DNA from: an uncultured Candidatus Saccharibacteria bacterium
GTDB taxonomy: Bacteria > Patescibacteriota > Minisyncoccia > Minisyncoccales > Staskawiczbacteraceae
Direction: 5' to 3'
Length of the DNA stretch: 64,000 bases
Assembly (NCBI GenBank): GCA_964427585.1
Contig: CAYRVC010000002.1
Span: 41,513 to 105,512 of the forward strand
Shown here: piece after piece, positions 29,976-39,046 of the stretch
How positions within the stretch are numbered: the first letter of the stretch is position 1
How the letters are laid out: every line of letters begins with the position of its first letter
Position numbers and translations under genes: made by a program
Notes under the pieces: model-generated
What the model was told of the DNA's origin: nothing
Database searches by the model: none
What the model saw: the letters and a program-made list of their open reading frames with translations, nothing else

Positions 29976-31700
29976 TTACTTAAAATATTTTAATAATTTT
30001 TCCATTGGTTGGACGTTTATGATGTCCTCTTTTTCAGCCCAGCCGCGGCGGGCCTGCGATATGCCGTATTCCATAAGCTCTAACTGGTCTTTCTGGTGGG
30101 AATCGGTGTTAATGACCATTTTTACTCCTTCTGCTTTCGCCCTTTTAATGTAAAAACGGCTTAGATCCATTCTATACGGAGAGGAATTGATTTCCAGGAT
30201 GGTTCCCGTTTCCTTGGCTGCCTTCAACAGCTTGTCAAAATCAAGATGATATTCGTCGCGGCGGCCAATCAGCCTTCCTGTCGGATGGGAAATTATATCA
30301 ATATTCTGGTTTTCCATTGCCCTGATAATTCTTCCTGTCATCTCTTCTTTTTGCATTTTAAGGCTTGAATGGACGCCGGCAATGACATAATCCAATTTTG
30401 CCAAAACCTCGTCTTCAATATCAACCGAACCGTTGTTTAATATATTGCATTCGCATCCGTGCAAAACTTTGAATTTTAAACCTGAAATTTGAAACTTTTT
30501 ATTTATTTTATTTATTGCTTCTTTTTGTTTTAATAGTTGCTCCTCGTCCAGCCCCCTTTCAATCCTTAAAAATTTTGTGTGGTCGGAAATGCCTATATAT
30601 TCATATCCCATTTCCCGAGCTTTCTTTGCCATTTCTTCGATTGAATTTTTTCCTCCGTCCCAGTCTGAATGGCAATGAAGGTCGCCCCTGATGTCTTTAT
30701 AGCCTATAAGCTGAGGCAGATTTCCTCTAAGAGCCGCTTCAATTTCACCGTCGTTTTCTCTTAATTCCGGTTCAATATAGGGCAATCCGATCGCTTTATA
30801 GACATCTTCCTCTGTTTTTCCGGCTATCTGCTTTTTGCCTTTGAAAACACCGTATTCTGAGAGCTTCATCCCTTTTTCTATGGCAATGCGCCTCGTCACG
30901 ACATTATGGTCTTTATTACCGGTAAAATATTGTAAGGCGGAGCCATAACTTTTTTCCGGAACTATCCTCAAATCTACGTCAAAGCCTTCTTTAAGGCGGA
31001 TTGAGGCTTTTGTCATTCCTTTTCCCCAAACTTTTCCAACCCCTTCCAGTTTGACAAAAAAATCCATCACCTTTCCAGGGTTTTTTGAAACAACCAGAAT
31101 GTCTGCGTCTCCGATTGTTTCATTTCTTCTGCGGACCGATCCCGCCAAGCTTATCCTTTCCACTTCTTTTAATTCTTTTATTTTTTCAAAAATATTTTTT
31201 ACCAACGGCATTATGTATCCTGACAAAAACCTTCCTTTGTCTCTTTTCAAAAATTCTATTCCCTGCAAAATATTTTTTTCCGTTGTTTCCCCAAAGCCGA
31301 AAAGGGGGGAGATTTTATGGAATTTTGCGGCTTTTTCCAATGTTTTTAAATCATGAACTCCCAGTTTTTGGTAAAGAATTTTTATTTTCCGGGGTCCTAA
31401 GCCCTCAACCCTGGAAAGTTCGCCGATATTTAAAGGAAGCCTTTTTCTCAATTGATCATATATACTTATTTTTCCGCTTTTCAGGTATTCCTCAATATGT
31501 TCTGCTATGCTTTTGCCAACTCCCGGAATTTCCAGCAGGGCTTTGACACCGCCCTGTCTGTAAATATCAGCTACGTCTCCCTTTAAGGATTCCAAAGAAG
31601 TGGCCGCTTTTTCATAAGCATAAGGCTTAAAAGGCACCTCGTCCATTTCCAAAAGTTCCGCTATTTCATAAAATATTTTTGCCAATTCCCGATTTTTCAT
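29976..31700 (-). CDS. polX: DNA polymerase X with PHP domain
   Basis: HhH IPGVG, AGSVRR..ETIGD.D, YFTG.K.HN, GDLHCHS. Confidence 0.95.
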   Translation of the reverse strand: MKNRELAKIFYEIAELLEMDEVPFKPYAYEKAATSLESLKGDVADIYRQGGVKALLEIPGVGKSIAEHIEEYLKSGKISIYDQLRKRLPLNIGELSRVEGLGPRKIKILYQKLGVHDLKTLEKAAKFHKISPLFGFGETTEKNILQGIEFLKRDKGRFLSGYIMPLVKNIFEKIKELKEVERISLAGSVRRRNETIGDADILVVSKNPGKVMDFFVKLEGVGKVWGKGMTKASIRLKEGFDVDLRIVPEKSYGSALQYFTGNKDHNVVTRRIAIEKGMKLSEYGVFKGKKQIAGKTEEDVYKAIGLPYIEPELRENDGEIEAALRGNLPQLIGYKDIRGDLHCHSDWDGGKNSIEEMAKKAREMGYEYIGISDHTKFLRIERGLDEEQLLKQKEAINKINKKFQISGLKFKVLHGCECNILNNGSVDIEDEVLAKLDYVIAGVHSSLKMQKEEMTGRIIRAMENQNIDIISHPTGRLIGRRDEYHLDFDKLLKAAKETGTILEINSSPYRMDLSRFYIKRAKAEGVKMVINTDSHQKDQLELMEYGISQARRGWAEKEDIINVQPMEKLLKYFK

Positions 31701-31716
31701 AATTATATTGCGGCTA

Positions 31717-32361
31717 TTAAGGCTCCACCAATGATTTTTGCGGCATAGACATTACTGTTTCCTCGCTCTTTTTAGATATGTTTTTTCTTATAAAAATCAA
31801 AAGGATTGCGGAAATAATACTGAAGGCGCTGACAATGATAAAAACCATATTAAACCCGAAAGCGCTGACTAAAATTCCCCCAAGCCCCCCGCCTATGCCA
31901 GCTCCGGCGCTTAAAAAAGTGCTTTCCATGCTCCATTGAAGGGCTTCTTTGCCCTTATCAATGTGGCGGGTAAAAATGGCAAGCCAAGACGGAAATACCA
32001 TTGACATAGATACGGCGTGCAGTATCTGCAAAGAATAAATATGCCACGGCAATGATGAAAATAAATATCCTATCGGCACGAAACCCGCCAAAAAGGTTCC
32101 CGTAACCATAAACCAAAAATCATCTTTTTCGCCGTGGTTTTTATCAAGATAATGGCCGATTGGCACCTGCAAAAGCGACTTGGTAATCCAATAAAAAAGA
32201 GAAGCGAATCCGGCAACCCTGGCAGCTTCGAGCGGACTGCTGGTTGTTATTTTCTGCACAATAAATATGGCGAAAATAGGCGCCAATAACCCCCATCCCA
32301 GGTTTAGAATAAAATCGCTGGTTATTAAAATATTTATGATTTTATTTGCAAATTTTGGCAT
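31717..32361 (-). CDS. MFS-like transporter (half-size)
   Basis: About 6 TM helices; Q.PIG..LDK loop motif. Confidence 0.7.
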   Translation of the reverse strand: MPKFANKIINILITSDFILNLGWGLLAPIFAIFIVQKITTSSPLEAARVAGFASLFYWITKSLLQVPIGHYLDKNHGEKDDFWFMVTGTFLAGFVPIGYLFSSLPWHIYSLQILHAVSMSMVFPSWLAIFTRHIDKGKEALQWSMESTFLSAGAGIGGGLGGILVSAFGFNMVFIIVSAFSIISAILLIFIRKNISKKSEETVMSMPQKSLVEP

Positions 32362-32455
32362 GATTTTCAATTAATTTTTATTATTACCTTGAATTATACT
32401 ATAAAATCAAACAAAAAGCCCCTTTTATCCAAAGGGGCGGATCTTTTATAAATTG

Positions 32456-32692
32456 TCATTTCTCCGTTTTTTTAAAAAACCACTCGTAAATTCCGTAAGA
32501 CCAGGTTGCCGCATAAACGGCGCTTAGAAAAAACACTCCCCATTGCTTGTTTATAAAAGAGGTTATAAACCAAAACGGCTGGGAAATCAATCCGAACACA
32601 AACCCCCATTTATTTTTTCTTGCGACCAAAATAATGGCGATTATTCCAAAAACAGCTATTCCAATCTGGGAAACCGCATCTAGCATATTCAT
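32456..32692 (-). CDS. Small 3-TM membrane protein (PnuC-like)
   Basis: KWGFVFGL.SQPFW, YG.Y.W. Confidence 0.6.
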   Translation of the reverse strand: MNMLDAVSQIGIAVFGIIAIILVARKNKWGFVFGLISQPFWFITSFINKQWGVFFLSAVYAATWSYGIYEWFFKKTEK

Positions 32693-32713
32693 CCCTTTCT
32701 TTTGTCAAAGGAC

Positions 32714-33352
32714 TTAATTTTTGGGTTTTTCATATTTGTGGAATCTTTTATCCATTGTTTCAATAAATTCCAGCAATACCGGGTCGTCAAAAAGCTCGCT
32801 CGCCTGCTCCCACCAGGCTTTTTGCGGGAGATTCTTGTGCTTTTTCCAATATTCCAGCGACTGCAAAAAGTTTTCCAACCTATCAGCCTGCTTAAAAAAT
32901 CTCCCTTCCTTTGTTGAACCGTTTTCATAATCAAGCCAAAGATGCTTTATTTCTCTTCCCGTGTCGCGGGGAAGATTTAAAAGAAGCTTGTCTAAAGCTT
33001 TTTTTTCTTTGTTATATTTTTTTTCAGACAATTTTTTCTTTTCCTTGGCTGAAAACCTCGGCCAGGTTTTCACCAGCTCTGCTATTTTCTTTTTGGACTT
33101 AGGAAGGACTGAATCATAGGGAGTGGTATCGCCCGCATAAACTTCGCAGATATCATGTATCAGGGCCATTTTGATTACTTTTTCAATGCTTAAATTATGT
33201 TTTTTTCCGCCCAGAACCCATGCCATTAAAGCAACCCTGAAAGTATGGTCTGCAATGCTTTCGGGGTTTTTGACGTTTCTTAAAACCCATCCTCTCCTGG
33301 GCATGGTTTTAAGCTTTCCCACTTCAATAAAAAAATTAAGAATATCTTTCAT
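32714..33352 (-). CDS. HD-domain phosphohydrolase (YfbR/HDDC2-like)
   Basis: LK..R.GW, ESIADH.FR, ALIHD..E...GD, D.LE. Confidence 0.9.
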   Translation of the reverse strand: MKDILNFFIEVGKLKTMPRRGWVLRNVKNPESIADHTFRVALMAWVLGGKKHNLSIEKVIKMALIHDICEVYAGDTTPYDSVLPKSKKKIAELVKTWPRFSAKEKKKLSEKKYNKEKKALDKLLLNLPRDTGREIKHLWLDYENGSTKEGRFFKQADRLENFLQSLEYWKKHKNLPQKAWWEQASELFDDPVLLEFIETMDKRFHKYEKPKN

Positions 33353-33822
33353 CCGATTTCGTATTTTATTTGTTTTATTTTATATTTTGTTTTAACCGGA
33401 GAGGAAATAACAACCTCGTCTCCGGCCTTGTGGCCCAAAAGAACCTTTCCCACCGGAGATTCGTTGCTTATTTTTCCCAGGGCCGGATTGGCTTCCAATG
33501 TTCCCACTATCGTGAATTCGTCTCTTTTGCCGTCAACGGTTACCATAACCTTTGCCCCCAGCCCGATAAAATTTTGCTGGATTTTTTTGGGTTTTTTAAT
33601 CAATTCATAGTGCTCTAAAATATTATTCAATTCCGAAATTCTGGATTTTAAAAAACTTAAATCCTCCTGAAAACTAATAAACTCAGGATTTATGTCTTCT
33701 GATTCAAAGATTTTGGGAGCTTCGCCATTGTTTTTTTTGCGCTCAAGGCCAATCAGCTCTTCCTGCTCATTTTTAAGCTCTTTTAATTTTTCTTTTGTTA
33801 TATAATATATTCTTTCTTCCAT
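33349..33822 (-). CDS. GreA/GreB-family elongation factor (divergent tip)
   Basis: IVG..EANP..GKISNESPVG..LLG C-terminal domain; N-terminal coiled coil. Confidence 0.85.
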   Translation of the reverse strand: MEERIYYITKEKLKELKNEQEELIGLERKKNNGEAPKIFESEDINPEFISFQEDLSFLKSRISELNNILEHYELIKKPKKIQQNFIGLGAKVMVTVDGKRDEFTIVGTLEANPALGKISNESPVGKVLLGHKAGDEVVISSPVKTKYKIKQIKYEIG

Positions 33823-33953
33823 ATAAGGACCCTCGCCATTACGGGCGCGGTATTCTGCCGGCGACTATAAAATGCTCCTTTATTTATTCGCTTTATAGAA
33901 GTATATCTTAATATGCCTAAAAGTCAACTCTCTCCGACTTTTTCAAAAAAAAT

Positions 33954-35210
33954 TTAAAGCAAGGTTTTTTGAGAAGAGAAAAATTTTTTATTATATTTTT
34001 CCTTTTCTGAAAAAATCTTTATTTTTCCGTAAACTCCGTCATATCCCGGTTCAATTTGCACTAAGCCCTCCCTGACTCTTATTACCCCTTCGGCAATTTC
34101 AGGAGAGGCCGATTTTTCTATTTCATTCCTTCCAGCTTCCAGCAATATTTTAAATTCATTGCCCAAATTTGATATTAAATTATTGTATATCCTGCCAGCT
34201 TCCTTAGAACCTGAAGAAACCGAAAGGACGTCGCAAATTATTTCTTCTAAAGGAATCAGGCTTTTAAAAGGAATGGCATTTTCAAGCTTGAAGCCTTCTG
34301 GTCTGTCGGCCAGTTTTTCCACTCTGTTCAAGACGCCTATTGTAAGAGGCCGGCCGCACCTCGGGCAGATATCATTGTATTTTTTTGACTCTGAGGGAGA
34401 AAGGCTCAAATCGCAAAGCCTGTGGCCGTCATAATGATATTTTCCCTCCTCCGGAAAAAATTCAATGGTGTATAAAAATTTTTTCGGGTCTTTTGATTTT
34501 ATCGCCTCAATAATATGTTTATAACTGATTTCGGTGTCAAAAACATTAGCCTCCCTGCCAAGTTTGGGGCCAGAATGGGCATCGCTGTTGGATATTAAAG
34601 CAAATTTATCCAAAACAGACAACCGCCAGTTCATGTCAGGGGAGCTGGAAAGCCCGGTTTCAATGGCAAAAATATATTTTGAATAATCTTCAAAACACTC
34701 TTCCATTGAATCAAATCCGGACTTTGATCCGAAAACGGCAAACCATGGCGTCCAGGCATGCGCTGGCACGACCAGGCAGTCTTCGGAGGTTTCTAAAACT
34801 ATTTTTGCCAGCTCTTTTACATCCAATCCCAATATGGGCCGGCCGTCCGCCTCCAGGTTGCCTATCTTTTTCAGCTTGCCGTTTATTTTTTCCGCTATTG
34901 TAAAATCCGGCGCGAAAACCACGATATGAATTTTTCTGACTTTGTTTTTTTTGCTGTAAATGCAGCTTATTTCAGAAGTCAGAATAAAGCGAAGCGGAGA
35001 ATCCGATCTTCTTATTTTAAAAAGGCCTGCTTCTGCCGGCTCCAATTTTTCTTTTAAGCTTTTAAACCACGCGGGGTGGGTAAAATCTCCCGTCCCTAAA
35101 ATTTTAATGCCTTTTATCAGCGCCCATCTTTCCATATTATCCAAATCCATCAACGGCGAAGTGGCCCTTGAATATTTTGAATGCAAATGAAAATCCGCTA
35201 TGAATTTCAT
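33954..35210 (-). CDS. Endonuclease Q-like PHP protein
   Basis: ADFHLHSKYSRATS, GTGDFTHP.W, PAH.WTPW, SNSDAHS, GKYH.DGHR.C, PGYDG.YG. Confidence 0.88.
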   Translation of the reverse strand: MKFIADFHLHSKYSRATSPLMDLDNMERWALIKGIKILGTGDFTHPAWFKSLKEKLEPAEAGLFKIRRSDSPLRFILTSEISCIYSKKNKVRKIHIVVFAPDFTIAEKINGKLKKIGNLEADGRPILGLDVKELAKIVLETSEDCLVVPAHAWTPWFAVFGSKSGFDSMEECFEDYSKYIFAIETGLSSSPDMNWRLSVLDKFALISNSDAHSGPKLGREANVFDTEISYKHIIEAIKSKDPKKFLYTIEFFPEEGKYHYDGHRLCDLSLSPSESKKYNDICPRCGRPLTIGVLNRVEKLADRPEGFKLENAIPFKSLIPLEEIICDVLSVSSGSKEAGRIYNNLISNLGNEFKILLEAGRNEIEKSASPEIAEGVIRVREGLVQIEPGYDGVYGKIKIFSEKEKYNKKFFSSQKTLL

Positions 35211-35214
35211 GGTG

Positions 35215-36183
35215 TTATATCAAACCGCCCTGATAATTTAATTCATAAACGGCTTTTTCTTTGCTTGATATCTGTTCTTTGCCAAAAAATTCCCGCAAAT
35301 CTCCCCGGCCGTCGTCTTTGTACTTGAACTCTTTTTTTTCAAGTTCGCACGTTTTTCCCAGGCGACAACTCTTCACCAGTCCCAAAAGACATGCTTCTAA
35401 AAATTCCAGCGGTTCTTTGTCGATGAAAGAGCCGAAATAATTCATCGCCCATATTGGCCGGCTGTTCTGATAAACAATCTCTTGGCCGATAATGTGCCTT
35501 TGGCGCTTGAAAAAAATGTGCTGGTAAAAAAGATCCCCTTTTTTGAAATTTACTTCAACGGATCCGATCAGCCTTGGGTAGTCAACCGGCGCAGATCCGC
35601 CCCTCAAAGCGTCTTTCCTGGCTTCGATTATGAATTCTAAAAGCTCATCCATGTTGACCAATTTTTCTTCGATGCTGGCATCCTTTAAATCAAAATAGCC
35701 GGATTTAAAAAGATTGACCAGCAGTTTCCCCAGTTCTTTTTTGCTTATCAAATACCTTAAATATTTATTTTTTTGCCTGATATCGACCGGGGCTTCGAAC
35801 CTTAGCGCTTTTTTTCCGTTAACCTGGACCTTGTCGGCAACATCCCTGAATTCCAGCGACGGAATAATCCAGATATAATCGTTTATCTCCTGTTTTATTT
35901 CGTCAAAACAGGCGAAAATAAGATAAAAATCTTTATCTGGATTAAAATCCTGCTGCAGAATATCCGTGGCAAAGCTGTTTTCGGCAACAGCCCCGATAAA
36001 GCTGCAAATTTTGAAAAAAACTTCGTTTTTTTTATATCCTCCCCTTTTTTTAACCGCCAAATCAGCGCCCCTGGGGTCGTTTTCCGGCTTAAAAACTACC
36101 AGCCTGTTGCCGGATCCAGAAACAATCAAGTCAATTATTTTATTTTCAACTTCTTCTTCGTTTATGGCGATTGTTTTTTCCAT
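35215..36183 (-). CDS. Two-domain hypothetical protein with C-terminal DUF5680-like domain
   Basis: C-terminal GQEIV......W.MNY.G ... F.G.E.I....VY...Y.GGLI. Confidence 0.6.
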   Translation of the reverse strand: MEKTIAINEEEVENKIIDLIVSGSGNRLVVFKPENDPRGADLAVKKRGGYKKNEVFFKICSFIGAVAENSFATDILQQDFNPDKDFYLIFACFDEIKQEINDYIWIIPSLEFRDVADKVQVNGKKALRFEAPVDIRQKNKYLRYLISKKELGKLLVNLFKSGYFDLKDASIEEKLVNMDELLEFIIEARKDALRGGSAPVDYPRLIGSVEVNFKKGDLFYQHIFFKRQRHIIGQEIVYQNSRPIWAMNYFGSFIDKEPLEFLEACLLGLVKSCRLGKTCELEKKEFKYKDDGRGDLREFFGKEQISSKEKAVYELNYQGGLI

Positions 36184-36250
36184 CGCTGTGTACGCCGTCC
36201 GTAAAAACGGACCGGCGTTGCGGTTTAAAATTTTATATTTTGTTTTATTT

Positions 36251-36517
36251 TTATCTTTTATATACGTTATAACCCTCCCTCACTTTTTGTAAAACCTTCA
36301 AACCCACAGAATCACCCTTTTTGGCTGATTTTATCTTTTCGTGGTCAACCTGCATGGATTCAACTGTCTGGTCAAAATCAGTATCCTCCCCGCCTGTTAT
36401 CCTTATGGTTTCTCCTTCTTTTAAGGGAGATGAAAGATCAATAACCGCCACCCCTATATTTGAAAAATAGTGGCTGATTTTGCCGATCAATTTTCCTTCT
36501 TTGTTATTGGCTGGCAT
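36251..36517 (-). CDS. Small translation-factor-like beta-barrel protein
   Basis: IGKISHYF..IGVA, Q.V.SMQ..H.....A..G..VG. Confidence 0.75.
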   Translation of the reverse strand: MPANNKEGKLIGKISHYFSNIGVAVIDLSSPLKEGETIRITGGEDTDFDQTVESMQVDHEKIKSAKKGDSVGLKVLQKVREGYNVYKR

Positions 36518-36642
36518 AAATTATATTTTACAAATTTATATATGCGACCTTTATTATAATTTATAATAACATAATAAAATATTTATGAAAATAAATGCCT
36601 CGATTCATCAAACGAGGCATTTGTTTTTAAAAAATATAACGT

Positions 36643-36867
36643 TTATTTAGCCTTTTCTATTTTTTTTTGGGCTTCTTCTAAATAAGAAGGCGCCTTTTCA
36701 ATCGTCATATTTAGCACAGCATAACTAAGAGGTAACTCTTTTTTAATAACCAAAAGCATAGCTAGCAAACAAGCTTCGGGATCTTTTTGTACCATTTCTT
36801 CATCTTCTTCTCTATCAAAATATGTATAAATTTCTTTCACTAGCTGTTCTGTTGCTTTGGAAAGCAT
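36643..36867 (-). CDS. Hypothetical protein, paralog of 43266-43526
   Basis: Shared MLS.AT..L..E...YFD and PE.CL.A.LL.IK..LP.S.A.L; AAGGAG RBS. Confidence 0.75.
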   Translation of the reverse strand: MLSKATEQLVKEIYTYFDREEDEEMVQKDPEACLLAMLLVIKKELPLSYAVLNMTIEKAPSYLEEAQKKIEKAK

Positions 36868-36898
36868 GACAATCTCCTTTCAACATTTCATGCGATGA

Positions 36899-37657
36899 CT
36901 ATTTCGGTTCAAGAACATTCACTACTAAATCAAAGAAATTGGTTACCCAAATCTCATCTTCTCGATATTTTTCCTTGACCACATTTTCCCAGAATTTTCT
37001 AACAAGATAACCGAAAATAAATATGGCTTGATCGTCTATCTGTTTACCAATTTCTATGGCAATATCAACATAATGTTTTTCTGCAAAAGTCCGTTTTTTT
37101 TCAGGCCAGGGCTCGTGCCTTACCATAAACTGGGCTTTTTCCGCTTCGCTCCATATTTTATGCTCATATAAACGGCTATGCTGAGAAACAATCCAGAAAA
37201 TAATCGCCCTTAATACATCAAAACAGTTATCTTTGATTGCTTTTTTGGTAAGAGAACTTTTAAAGCGAAATATTATGCGGACAAGTTGAGTTGCTTCTTC
37301 AATAATGTTTCCCTTTTTATCAAAGAAAACTCCGTCAACTGAATGAGTAGACCATCCATAGAATGGAGACCTATACATATCAATTCTCTCTCGAGCCTCA
37401 TTAATTAATGGTAAATCACGAATTGGTTCTAACGCGGTATAACGACGAGGATTTAACAAATCAGAAGAAACCTGGAACTCTTTTACCAATTTGGGAGCAT
37501 TACGTCGCAGATATATTTTAACTTCATTTTCGTCATATCCAAATCTCAAAGCGTTAAAAATAGCAGCGTAGTAAGCCGCTCTTTTGGGAAAATAGATTTC
37601 AACAAATATTCCCCGTTCGCTGCTGCGAAAAAAATATTTTTTTTCCGGTTCTGCCAT
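36899..37657 (-). CDS. Hypothetical protein (252 aa)
   Basis: AGGAGG RBS, upstream TTGACA promoter; C-terminus duplicated at about 43147-43231. Confidence 0.75.
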   Translation of the reverse strand: MAEPEKKYFFRSSERGIFVEIYFPKRAAYYAAIFNALRFGYDENEVKIYLRRNAPKLVKEFQVSSDLLNPRRYTALEPIRDLPLINEARERIDMYRSPFYGWSTHSVDGVFFDKKGNIIEEATQLVRIIFRFKSSLTKKAIKDNCFDVLRAIIFWIVSQHSRLYEHKIWSEAEKAQFMVRHEPWPEKKRTFAEKHYVDIAIEIGKQIDDQAIFIFGYLVRKFWENVVKEKYREDEIWVTNFFDLVVNVLEPK

Positions 37658-37793
37658 GGGCGCCCTCCTATAGTAGAAATAATTTAACTGTCAAAGGACT
37701 GATCTTTTTGTATCAAATTAACAAACTTTGTCAATAATGAAGGGATAATCAACCTAGAAAACCATCGGAAAATTCTTTCCGATGGTTTTCTAA

Positions 37794-37924
37794 TGAGGGG
37801 GTTGTAATTCTTAATGCTTCAGGTTACGCTCGAGCCTAAGTTCGGACAATGACCTTAGTCATACACTTTAACCTTTCTCACCAAGAACTATTCTGTCCTT
37901 GAGAATAAATCTCTCACCCCCTCA
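37794..37924 (-). ncRNA. Candidate structured ncRNA of unknown family
   Basis: TTGACA-16-TAAAAT (37958-37931) points at the 5' end of a 9-bp closing stem; internal helices; followed by a 17-bp hairpin at 37755-37792; no ORF. Confidence 0.5.
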
Positions 37925-38031
37925 GCTTTCATTTTAGTCTCGCGAAGATTGGTGTCAAGCCCCGAATAAATATCGCATTCACACAATATCAACATAATTT
38001 TAAACATAATATAAACATTTTATCAACAGCT

Positions 38032-39030
38032 TTATTTTTTCTGGTGCGCTCGGCCGTTTACCTCATAACTGGTGTTTTGCGCTTCAAAAAAGTTTACCAA
38101 TTCATATACGTCGGTAGCTGATGTCATCCATTTAGCCGGATTTACGGCTTTATAATGGCTCTCCAGGCCCAGCTCTTCCAACCTGCGGTCCGCGACATAC
38201 TGGACATACTGGTTGACATAATCTGAATTAAGCCCGAGAATGCCGCTGGGAAACAAATCTTTATTGTAAGCTGTTTCCAATTCCACCCCTTCTATTATTA
38301 TCTGCCTTATTTCTTCTGCAAATTCCGGCGATACTAAGCCGGAGTTTTCTTCCAAGATAGCCAATATCAAATTAATGCCAAATTGAAGGTGCAGGCTTTC
38401 GTCTCGCAAAACCCAGTTGATCATGGAGCCGAAATTCCGAAGCTTATTCCTCTGCCTGAAAGAAAGCATAACCATAAATCCGCTGTAAAACCAGATGCCT
38501 TCCATGACAATATTATACGCCACCAGGTTGCGGATAAAATCTTTTTTTCCCTCATCTGTGGAAACGTCATAGGTTTTTTCTGCCATGCGCTTCATGTATT
38601 TATTGATAAAATCCTCTTTGGCTTTCATCGAGGGAGTGTCTATGTGGACGTCGTATATTTTATCCCTGTCTAAAGGCAAGGTTTCCAGCACATATTCAAA
38701 GGCCATGCAGTGGTTGGCCTCCTCCCACATCTGTTTGGCAAGATAAAGGTGGCATTCGGCTGATTTTAAATAAGGGTAAACGCCCAACGCCAATACGCGG
38801 TTGACAATCAGCTCCGCCGGATTAAAAAACGCCATAATAAAGCTTACCGCGTGCTTTTCATCTTCGGTCATTGTTTCCCAGTCTTCCAAATCTTCCTTAA
38901 GCGGAATTTCGTGGGGAAACCAGGTATTGGCCACTGCCTGTTCATAAAGTTTTCTCGCCCAGGGATAGCGGGAAGGATGCAGATTATAATCTTCCGGCGA
39001 CGCTTTTCCCAAAAGAAAATTGTTTTGCAT
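38032..39030 (-). CDS. nrdB: Ribonucleotide reductase beta subunit (class Ic-like)
   Basis: W.P.EI.L..D, EEANH, EGIWFYSGF, RDESLH, NFFE. Confidence 0.94.
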   Translation of the reverse strand: MQNNFLLGKASPEDYNLHPSRYPWARKLYEQAVANTWFPHEIPLKEDLEDWETMTEDEKHAVSFIMAFFNPAELIVNRVLALGVYPYLKSAECHLYLAKQMWEEANHCMAFEYVLETLPLDRDKIYDVHIDTPSMKAKEDFINKYMKRMAEKTYDVSTDEGKKDFIRNLVAYNIVMEGIWFYSGFMVMLSFRQRNKLRNFGSMINWVLRDESLHLQFGINLILAILEENSGLVSPEFAEEIRQIIIEGVELETAYNKDLFPSGILGLNSDYVNQYVQYVADRRLEELGLESHYKAVNPAKWMTSATDVYELVNFFEAQNTSYEVNGRAHQKK

Positions 39031-39046
39031 ATTTTTAAATTTAATT

